A DNA stretch of 63,997 nucleotides, counting the filler, from Streblomastix strix (taxonomy: Eukaryota): assembly GCA_008636045.1 (NCBI GenBank). It is 4 parts of 4 records of this genome, joined end to end, with 100 filler letters (N's around TTAATTAATTAA, not from the genome) between each part and the next. Parts side by side here need not be neighbours in the genome. Positions count along the whole stretch, not along the records: positions 48,943 to 63,997 come from SNRW01001042.1; 3 more parts are not named here. The stretch is one strand, 5' to 3'. A program made the translations under genes and the position numbers. Position 1 is the first letter of the stretch. Each line of letters opens with the position of its first letter. The notes under the pieces were generated by a model. That model saw nothing but the letters and a program-made list of their open reading frames with translations. It did no database searches and was not told where the DNA came from. Shown in pieces: positions 53,830 through 63,997 of the stretch.

Positions 53830-55970
53830 TCAGAAAACCCGACCGTTAAATGTTAATTTGTTTCCATAAGGTGATATTTATAATCCTCTATCAATCTAAC
53901 CTTCTTAACCTGCTTTTACGATGGTAAAACCAAATGGGTTTGAATCAATATTTCCTATTGTTCCTATCAACCGTTAATTAGCAATATATTCAGAATTTAA
54001 ATTTGGATCACTGCAAAATTATATAATACACCATAAGTTATCTGAATGCCTACTAATTTCTATACATTCGTTAAGTTATCCATTAAGTGTTGGATTTATT
54101 TATAATAATTTTCCGAATGTTTTTATTCCATTAATTGTTTAATCACTTCCAACATCTACTAATCCATTACCATTAAATTTTAATGTTTATCCATCTGCGG
54201 ATATTTCTAATCCTCTAGTATTATCACTTACTTAAGATGATACAGCTATTACAAAACTATAAGGAATATTTGTAGAACTATTTGGTGGTGTAAATATTGA
54301 CCATTATCCTTCAATAGCACCAGTATTAGATGTTCTACTACATCCTAACTCAATTGATGCACCACCTGTATTTTCTATTGTCCTAGCTATTCTCAAACCA
54401 TCGTCATAACCAGTTGAAGTAGGGTTTATTTAGATACTATTATTTTATGTAAATGGAGCATTATTTATAGTAAGTATATTTGCTTATAAATTAGATAATA
54501 ACTCTTATGAATCTGTAAAATCAGTTGGCATTTAATCAACAGATTCCGATGTTAATATATCAGTAATACATTCAGAATGATTTAATGGTTCAATTGTTTA
54601 TGTAATCTATCCTTCACGGCAATATTGTTATAATCGGCACCATAAATCGACTGTTTTATTTACTCTCTCCCCATAGAATAATGCAATTGGATTATCAACA
54701 CGCTCATTAATGAAAATACGCGGTTTATAATTATATATGAAGCCCTCGTACCTTCATTATAGTATTAATTTGTTGATATTTTTCCAAATCCCTATCTTCA
54801 TTACAAATCAAATTCAATAAATGTATACAAAAAATCAGACCTTGCGTTAAAATGACATAATTTAATATAATTATCTGCATCGGTATTATTTGATATATTT
54901 TTTTATTCAATACCGTTAATATATTTAGTATCTCCATTCACAAGCAATATATCGCTATTTGTCCTACCTGATTTAATAAATTTAGTAGCAGTAATGTTTC
55001 CATCATAAGTCAATTATTGAGGATGAACAAGGTCATTTCTACAGTAATTATCACTCGTTCCATTAGCAGAAACAATAGCATTTATCAGAGGCACATTGAC
55101 ACAACTGGGATCAACATTAAGAGGATGAGCCTGATTTGACCTAGAGTAATAATTAAAATTTCCAATATCTCCCCCTGTGCCTGTATCTTTTTGAGGTTTG
55201 TTTGCTACATCGGTATCAGTGTTCAAAATATGCTAGTGGTCGGCTCAAGAGTATGCTGTTGAAGTTCCCGCTGTTCCTGTTGCTGAATCTCTAGATGGTA
55301 TTTATTCGCTGACTTATAGCGGATGCTAATAGTCCCCACGGCTATATTCTGTGCTAATGCCAGCAACACCCGCGCCACTATCTGCCATTGGTAGCGCATC
55401 GCTAGTGGGAGAAACTTTATAAGGAATTACTTATCCGCTATTGTACCAATTAGAGTCATACATCCATACTGTCCCACTCTCGGCACTGTATGCAAAATCA
55501 CCCGCTGCGGAATCAGGTTGTTAAATTATAACAGTGTTCAATAAATAATATCTCCTAAAATGCTGCTATCGCGCAAGCTCTTACTGCATGGTTATTATAT
55601 CATTTTTTACCCCAACAATATCAGAGTCAATAAAGCCGACAGTAGATTATAATTAATTTACTTCATTAATTAATTGGTTAATTTATCCGACGAAATCAAA
55701 TTTTAGAATCTTTAAATTCTTTATTGTAAGCAAACAATCAGCGGCTATTTTTAATGCAAAATCGGATGCTTAGCCGTCAAGGATTTAATTATTGGCAGCA
55801 TAAACTAAAGCGTTATCATTATCTATAAACAATTAATAATCTCCATTTTCAAAGCACTCCACCCGCAGAGTTGCAACCGCGTTTCGAGTACTAAATATAA
55901 TAAGCTATATCGTTAGTGATTAATTATCGGATTATTCTAATTTATTACTATGAAAGCGAATTATTTCATT
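53830..55970 (-). pseudogene. Fibre/spike-like protein with GxxGxSxxYSRxDHxHP repeats and duplicated C-terminal module
   Basis: Coiled coil, four repeats (YSRGDYQHP, YS*ADHQHI, YSRSNQAHP, YCRNDLVHP), DQTINGIKTF, and two RGL.IS..G..L.FNG modules. Has an internal stop and frameshifts; TGA at 53830-53832. Confidence 0.65.
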
Positions 55971-56044
55971 ATATTTATTTAAAAATAAAAATAATTATCA
56001 AACGAAATCAGCTGCAGGCGGAAGTTAAAGACGACATATTGGAA

Positions 56045-56251
56045 TCTTCTTTTATTTACAAGCTTATCCACAGCCCCCTCAAGATTAGCACCTGCCCCAA
56101 TTGCTCCACCAATGCCCGGATGAATCATTCCGACGGGGCCTGATACCGTTGAAAGAACTTTATAGACAGTTGGCGCTATCCATTATGCGGCATGTTTGAC
56201 ACCCCCCAAAATTTTCGATCCAAAATTTGCTATCGTACTGAAAAATCTCAT
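56045..56251 (-). CDS. Small amphipathic Gly-rich protein (candidate membrane-lytic virion protein)
   Basis: MRFFSTIANFGSKILGGVKHAAQWIAPTVYKVLSTVSGPVGMIHPGIGGAIGAGANLEGAVDKLVNKR. No stop codon follows the apparent end, so the end is approximate. Confidence 0.5.
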
Positions 56252-56334
56252 TTATTTTAAAATAAAAATAATAGATTCATTTGTTTTAATCATTATTATA
56301 ATCATTTATATTATTTATTTTTATTTATTTAAAA

Positions 56335-58100
56335 ATGTCATTTTCAGCTTCAGATTATTTAAGTCGTTTTGCGAAAATGCAACACTCGGACTATATTAGG
56401 GACTATATGGCGATGGGTGAGGTATTGAAAACTATGAGCATCCATGCATTATCTTTCACTATATCAAAATATGAATTTTTGACTAGTCGCTTACTTAATT
56501 AAATTCTTCAGGTGCTAAATATACCCGTGCTCCACTAGCGGCAAGAGGGTCAGCTACTTGCTCAATGGTTTAAACATGCTAGGTAAATTAGACTATAAAA
56601 ATACCTGCAAATACATTAGCAATATAATTAAGTAGACTACCTGTAGCGGCCGTTGTCTCAGACTTAACAGCTAAAGTTGCCGTTAATTTTTGCGCTAATA
56701 CAAATATTACTGCTATAGGCAAAAATATGGACCAAGGCGTACAAAAATATTATGGTAATACATCCGATGGAATGAATGAAAGTGAAGTTCTACGTTTTAA
56801 GCAAGGATTTTCTGCTGCTTGCGGCTCTTTTAATTAATTTGTCATATGTAAAGATTCAACGAAGTTAAGTGATACATTAATTTATGCAAGAGAATAAGCC
56901 GTCATATGTTCAAACTCATTAAATGATTTTTGTACTAATAACTCCGTCAGCGTTTCGCCACTGGAAAGCATCATATCAGGGAAACGCCACTGAGAGGTAT
57001 TTATAAACATATCACTTTTTGAAATTGATACATATTCGGGAATAACAGCAAAATATTATAGAATACCTCATGATATTGTATTTTGTGGGGTGCTTGATTT
57101 AAATTAATTGAACCCTATTTATAATTCGTTTCTTGTACTAACAAGAAACTACGCATCATTAGATTTATTACCTTGGATGTTGGACTTCCTGCAAGATTTA
57201 AAAGCTGTATGGCTAAATAAAACAGATACAACGGCAAATAGACATTTAGCATATTAAATTATACCTCTAGAAAAAACCAGATATAGTATATTTATTAAAT
57301 GAAGACTGAATTTCTTATGGTAAATTTAGCGTTCGAATTGTCAATATGAAAGGTGTAGCAAATGGAGCAACAGGCCCATAGAACACCATTAGCTAAATTT
57401 AAGATACAGTATTAACAAAATTGGAAATATAAAATGTATGTTTCAAAATCGAAAAAGGGGACGCGATTATTTAATTTATCCAAAACAAAATAATTATTAA
57501 TTTCCCCACTTAAGTATTAAGGTCATAATCTTCTAACTTTTCATTTAATAATTTTGGAATTGAGAACGGAAACCTTTAAAGTATTATGTCATTCTCAAAC
57601 AATAAAGCTATGTTTATGACTTTCGCCATGCATTAGTATCCGACGTGGTTTTTCCCTGTCCTATTTTACAACTTCGATTTGATCAATGATTAGTGGCACG
57701 TGATTCCTGCACCATATGAGGCATTAACTTAAGCGGCAAATGGTTAAATGTTTGATTGTTTCGTTGATTAGGAAGCCATTAGTGCCCCGTCTGACTAATA
57801 TTATTTTCTTATGTTCGAAAATAGAAATATAAACGACTAAAGAGATTTTTATGGGCACACTGATGGAACAACTGCAGATGCTAAATTATCAAACATATTT
57901 TATAAATCTACTTTATATTACGGGACAAAAGAGACTAAAACATTGTATCCAAATAAATTTATGCTCGTATGGAAATGAGTCACTGACGACTCATTTACGT
58001 GTGGATATAATTCTTCAAAAATAAGTGCTAGAACAAATATATAGGTAATTTTAAATGGAAGTTTAGTTCAAGGAATTTTAAATAACTTCATTTTTTATCG
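56335..58100 (+). pseudogene. Putative double-jelly-roll major capsid protein, degraded
   Basis: ~580 codons with beta-rich blocks (LDLNQLNPIYNSFLVLTRNY; IINFPTQVLRSQ; PNKFMLVWK*VTDDSFTCGYNSSK..TNIQVILNG) in a packaging-ATPase/fibre context. Contains TGA stops and frameshifts. Confidence 0.55.
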
Positions 58101-58109
58101 ATATATAAA

Positions 58110-58759
58110 CCTTTATCTATATTATTTATATCTCTCTTATTCTATATCTAAAAACGTTTGTCATTTCTGAATCCTGTTGTTGTATTTGCTAATTTAGAAT
58201 TTAATACCCAGCTATATTCTAACGTTGGAATAAGCATTGGGTGGCCATCAATGATTTGGATACTATCATATACATTAGAGCCTAAATATAAATTACTATC
58301 TAAATCTTTATTGATTCCTCTATTTATTTTTATAACTCCTAACTTATCATCAATTCCAAGCGTTGGTTATAGTGTAAAATCACCATGAACAAGGGGACGT
58401 AGTTTTAGCAAAAAATCATTTATATCTGATGTTTCACCATTAGCCAGTAAAATTTAATTACTTGCCCCATCTTATTTTATAATTTTATCCACATAAATAG
58501 GTGACAAAAATGTTTTGATTCCGCTAATGGTTTGATTGGGTTTTAGATTAATAAAACCCATAGCTCTTTTCAAAAATTAGGACAAATAAGAAAACTATTT
58601 TAATGTTTGATTATCAATGGTTGCCATTAATTGATTTTTTTGCTTTATTTATTTCATTTGTTCATCCTATTATTATTTCAATAGTTGAAATTATTATTGT
58701 TCTTAAGCTAAATTATCCTCATCAAGATTTTATAAATCGCTTAAAATCGGGGAGTCCAT
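58110..58759 (-). CDS. Second fibre-like ORF (3' end unclear)
   Basis: MDSPILSDLQ, a coiled coil, then NQTISGIKTF and DGASNQILLANG; the QTIxGIKTF motif is shared with the 53830-55970 protein. Confidence 0.5.
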
Positions 58760-58794
58760 TAATATAAAAATAAAAAAGATATCCAATGATAAAA

Positions 58795-59596
58795 TCAAAA
58801 ATCGTTTTCATTTATTTCAGTCTGTGGAGTATCACTAAGACGGATAAAATCACAATTTACTCGATATAATTTTTCTATTGAATTATATAGCACATTATAA
58901 ATTACTATAACGGATACGGTTTTTATTAGAATATCCATTACACGTATCAAATCCTTCTTTTTATATGTTTTACCCATGCATGAATGAGCTCGCATTAGTG
59001 GCTCCTCTAATACTATTTCAATATCATCCTCAGAATTTTAAGTTATTAATGCCCACAATTTTATAAGATTATCCGATGAAAATATAAAATCGTCTCCTCG
59101 TTTTCTTTAGCATTTTAAGTATGCAAGTATGCGGCTAAATAATGGCTTCCTCTAATACTATTTCAACATCATCTTCATCGTTTGGGGTAAATAGTGCACA
59201 AAATTTGATGAAGTTATCAGAAGAGAAAACAAAATCATCGCCGCGTTATCGCAAGGTAATAGTGCGCCATATCGTATCAATTACAAACTTTTAGACTTCT
59301 AAATTTGGATGCGAAAGATATATATTTCTTGGCTGTTCTTCTACAAGCTTTTACATAGCCTCTTCTGGCTAAACTTATGCAGTAGTGCGTTCCACTTCTT
59401 TATATTTATTTATCTTGTATTTTTTATGATTTCTTGCTGATTATTCATTTGTCTCTTCCGTTTATGGCAGCATAAATGACCTTTTCGTTGTTTGCTAATC
59501 TATGCGCATTGATTTTATACGGCAAATTGCTTCATCGAATATTAATAGTTTTATTTTATCTTGGTCTTATAGTTGTTTTTATTTTATTTTGGACAT
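58795..59596 (-). pseudogene. Element-encoded hypothetical ORF with diverged internal duplication
   Basis: RGDDFVFSSDNFIKFCALF and RGDDFIFSSDNLIKLWALI occur ~145 nt apart. Confidence 0.5.
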
Positions 59597-59614
59597 TTAT
59601 TTTTTGTTTTTAAC

Positions 59615-60247
59615 ATGTGCAATTAATTTCTTACTATTCATTTTACCATTTTATATTTTATAAAATATTAAAAAGGATAAGGCACATGCATTAAAAAAAT
59701 TGATTGAGAATGGAACATAAATCGAATATTTTGATAATGGATATATTATGCAAGTTAAAGATAAAATTATAGTTTATGAGGATGGGAAAAAATCAGCGCG
59801 TACATTGACTCCCGCACAATAAAATAAATTACTTTTATAAGCAAGAAGTGGGGGCATTGAGAAAAAGAAGATATAAAAACCTATTGAAGAAGAAGAAGAT
59901 GAGGTTGTGGAGTATGAAAATGAAACTGAAGGCTCATAAAGTTAAAGCGAAGTTAAAAAAAGCCATTAAAAAAAATAAGCCGAAGGCTCCGAACAGTTAA
60001 TAGTTCAAAATAGCCATAAATTAATTATACTAATCCGTAGCTCGATTTGGAAGAACTGATACGATTGAGAACAGAAAAAACATTTATAAAATAATAACAA
60101 TAAGACGCAATAAAATAGTTAGAGAAATATAAGCAAAAAATAAAAGGTTATAAATACCCTAAGAAATAGGAAGAAATTAAAGAAGAAGAACCAAAACCCG
60201 AACCATAACCTGCTCCATAAATGCGTGAGTATGAATTATATATCTGA
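59615..60247 (+). pseudogene. Element-encoded charged low-complexity ORF
   Basis: KKLIENGTQIEYFDNGYIMQVKDK...EEEEDEVVEYE...PAPQMREYELYI*; likely frameshifted, start uncertain. Confidence 0.35.
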
Positions 60248-60523
60248 GTTTAAACATTAACGTTTAACATTTTTTTTTTATTTTATTATATATAGCCAGT
60301 AATATAGTGCAGTAATGGATGTGGCATTGCTGATTCAGTGGCCCGCTGCGAGTAGTATATATGGGTGAAGTTCGAACTAATTTATAATTTTATGTTTATT
60401 GATATTAGTAAAAGAGATTGAATATTATGAACGAGGATGCAAATGCATTCCGAATTCGTAATATGAAAGATTGATTTTACTTTACCCAGCACAAATAAGA
60501 TAAAATAATACGTTGGGAAAACT

Positions 60524-63500
60524 TCACCACTATACACTTCTGCGGTTTAATCTGTGGAAACAATCATATATTTAGAAACCGATAAATCTTCTCTCATCAT
60601 CTTACTAATTTGATTATGGATTTCTCCAGTATACAAAGTAGTTTGATACATAACTTTTGGCTAAATTTGCTTAATTTTAGATATTAATTTCAATTAATCC
60701 TCCATAATCGTTGAAATTATTTCTAATAAATCCTTTTTTTTCGTTTTTTAAATAATTATGAATCAATTTCTTCATTTCCACCTTCTTCTTCGATTTGTTC
60801 TTCAGACCTTCGGGCAAGAAGAGGTTGAGGTGGGAATGATGGATATTAGTATTTTCTCCCTTGATGAATATCTCTGAGGAATTTGGAGATGTAACGCAAT
60901 CCCTCACAGATCTACTCATCTCCTTCCACTTCTATTCCACCAGCTGTACTAATTGATATGATTAGTACTCTTCCATATTCGGCATTGATTAGTTTAACTT
61001 GCTATTACTAACCACTATATAATTGAATATTGCCAAGAATTTATCTACATTACTTTCTAATCTCGTAAGATTATTATTGATCCTATTCATTGTTGATGTA
61101 TTTGAAGTGTTTATGATTAGTAAGAATAGCTAGTGAATTAATGATGTTTGAAATTTTTGATTATTTATTTACATTTAAATTTATTACAGATTTCATTTAT
61201 AAGATCAATAGAATTTGAAACAAATGCAGTAGATGAATAATACTCTTCTAATTATTATTAATGTAATTTTTAATTAATGTTTGTTTTTTACATTAGTTAA
61301 AATTGTGTTGAATATGAAACTATGAATGATGCTAGGTGAAAAATGAAGTTATCATCTTAAATTAACATGTTTCTGATTTCTGAATTATTGAAGAAAACTT
61401 CTATAGGATTTTTGAAAACAGCTTTATGTTCTTTGTATAATTCTTATAAATCAGGATATTGTGGAATATTAGTGCATTATTAACAATTAATGACTTCAGG
61501 ACATATTATTTGGATAAATAAATATATTCTTTTCTTTATAATATTTATAATCTGATTTGGAATTCAATTATACCAACTATTCGTAACTTTCTCTCTAATT
61601 AATGGAATAACTTTAATTAATTAAGATTATTATTTAAATTCACTTTCAATTTCATCTATATTCATTTCATTATTAATTTTTTAATTGTCTTATTTTATTT
61701 TACTGTTTATATTAAATAAATTATTTATACTCTTATTAATAACTTTAGCATAAATAATAATCATCCATTAGTCAGAATTTCTTCCTTTCATAATTTTTAT
61801 ATATATTCTTATTAATTATTCAGTTTCGGCAGAATATTTCTATTATTCTTTTTCTATCTCTATTTTATCTTTTATTATTTATTCAATCTTAGAAAGGAGA
61901 CCTGATCTCCGAATATCATTGAATATTGTATCTTGATCATATGGTAAAGAATGCATTTAAACTCCATGTTCTGCAACAAGCTCAATTATATTAAGAATAA
62001 TCTTTTCAGGTCCAATAGAACAATCTCCAATTCGAGATTTAATTATTAATTATTATTTAACATCATATATCTTTTTTAATTCATTAATTCCTTTATTTTT
62101 AATTTATTCAAATATTATTATTGATTTTTTTTCTTTTTCTTATTCAGTTAATAAGCTACTTCCAAATATGTTTGATACATTTCTATCCATTATTTTGATG
62201 ATTCTTTCTTCCATTTCATTTCCAATTTATATTCCTTTCATTATATTCTTATATATATTCATTAATTATTCAGTGGTTTTGGAAAAAGGAATATTCTCAT
62301 TTTCTTTTTCTTCTTATTCAATTTTATTTTTTATTATATATTCAATCTTAATTATGAGTCCAGACAATTCAAATTCATTGAAGAATTAATTATTATCATC
62401 TTTTAAAATTCCAAATTCTACAATTGATTCAATTATGTCTAAAATAATCATCTCTATTTCAATTCTACAATCATTTATGTGTTTTTGAATTAGTTTGAAT
62501 GCATCAATATTAAATATATTTCTTAATTCATTACGATCTTTCTTTTTCAATTCATTAAATATTTCTCTTATTTTCATTTCTTTCACTTCATCATTAATTG
62601 TTTTTGATTTAATAATGTAAAGAATATCTTTCATTGTTTAATCCAATCGATTAAATTAATGTTTTTGAAGTACTATTTTTTAATGGAAATAAATTTAGAA
62701 GAATTTATGAAGAAATTAATGTTAAAAAATGTTAATTAAAACAATAAATACATAAATAAGTATTATAAAATTTGAATAGATATTAATAAAATAATATTTA
62801 TTATCAAAATATACCATAATTTCTGATATGTGTTCCAAATCTAACTAAAAGTCCTAATTAATTAATTCCTTTTGGTTTTTACAATAATGGCAATTGATTT
62901 TCGTTATTTATTTATTCAATTTTTAATAATTCTTTCTCTTTCTCTTTCTTTTATAGTTATATTTATTCTAATTTTTATTCTTTCTCTTTTTATTTCTCTA
63001 ATTATTTTGTTTTATTTTTTTCTTAATTTAATTAATTTTATTATTCATTTTTATTTTGATCACAATTTAATTCATCAATAATTTAATCATTATTTATAAA
63101 TTCAAAATTATCTAAATCATTAATTTAATTATCGTCAATATTTTCTTTATCTTATTATTCAACTTCTTCATTTTATTCACTTTATTAATTATTATTTTCT
63201 TTCATTCTTTCTTTATCTTCTTAAATCTTAAGATATTTCTTAATTGTTTCTTATTCCATTATTTATTATGTTGTTGGACGCTTTGACGAATCCTGAATAA
63301 TAATGTTATTTAAATAAATAAATTTATTTTTTAAATAAAAAAAGTTATTTATATATTTTTCATACAAATTAAAGCATTGTATACAACAACTTCCTTCATC
63401 TCCTTACAAACATACTCAGGTAACTTTGATGCTTTTCCTAATTTAATTTTCTCAATCAGTTCAGTTTCTGATCCGGAATCGAATGGATGTTGACCAGTTA

Positions 63501-63997
63501 ATAACTAGAATATTATAACACCCAGTGAAAAGATATCATTTTTGAAGTCAGATCTGAATAAAAATGAAATGAAATAAAATATGAATTGATTTATTTATAA
63601 AAATAGTTATTAATTCAAATATATTTGTCAAATGGGCTTCTGGTGCCATATATGCTTTATTTATGGTTAAGTTAGACTGTTCTTTTTCAGTTATGTATTT
63701 GTCTAATCCAAAACCACCTTAAATACAAAAATAAATAATAAAAATAAATAATTTAATCATTTATTTATAAATATAAACCCAATCTAACTGATCCGTCTTC
63801 ATTCATTATTATATTGCTTGGTTTCAAATTTAGATGCATAATCCCATTTGAATGAAGATGATGAAGAGATCGTGATATTTGGCTAAATATATACCAAACA
63901 CGCTATTTAGATGCAAAAATAAGTTAAAAATTTACAACGAAAAATTCAAACTATGAATTTTGACGTCAATTTCAGCAGCTGAGTGATTTCAGAATCT
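60524..63997 (-). CDS. Pseudokinase with long helical C-terminal region (5'-partial, introns, at least one frameshift)
   Basis: QISRSLHHLHSNGIMHLNLKPSNI, VRLGGFGL, AYMAPE, DIFSLGVIIFQLLTGQHPF; C-terminal FPPQPLLARRSEEQIEEEGGNEEIDSQL with a frameshift in an A-run near 60745. Confidence 0.75.

Larger units (their letters stand above)
51060..60300. mobile_element. Integrated Polinton-like virus / endogenous DNA virus (~9 kb, decaying)
   Basis: Dense intronless ORFs (packaging ATPase, capsid-sized beta-rich ORF, fibre-like proteins, small amphipathic protein) lying between two intron-containing host genes. Boundaries approximate. Confidence 0.75.

Noticed and set aside
51063..60356. CTACTAC (51063) and AGTAGT (60351) as Polinton termini
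   Set aside because: The orientation is opposite to that expected for element ends and no extended inverted repeat flanks them.
60324..60385. tRNA gene
   Set aside because: Acceptor and T stems do not pair.

Overview
AT-rich eukaryotic (protist) genomic DNA read with a non-standard code: TAA/TAG = Gln, TGA = the only stop (table-6 type), with short GT-AG introns. The supplied standard-code ORF track is therefore mostly antisense shadows and fragments. The window is four unrelated contigs (1-16217, 16318-32531, 32632-48842, 48943-end) joined by artificial N44-TTAATTAATTAA-N44 linkers. Code, composition and gene families fit an oxymonad such as Streblomastix strix (inference). Contig 1: a giant low-complexity protein, a small type-I membrane protein, a pseudokinase with 4 zinc fingers, and ARMC2. 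Contig 2: a ~8 kb-arm inverted duplication (probably an amplification chimera) carrying TSR1 and a TmcB/TmcC-like membrane protein with a C-terminal hemerythrin-like domain. Contig 3: a decayed Polinton-like virus fragment, a collapsed DIRS-like retroelement, a large beta-helix-type surface protein whose start lies in an inverted repeat, a SPRY-like protein, and SMC4 with one in-frame TGA. Contig 4: an ArfGAP-BTB fusion, a ~9 kb integrated Polinton-like virus (packaging ATPase, capsid candidate, fibre-like and amphipathic proteins, all in the host code), and a second pseudokinase. All calls come from manual translation and motif recognition; no searches were run.
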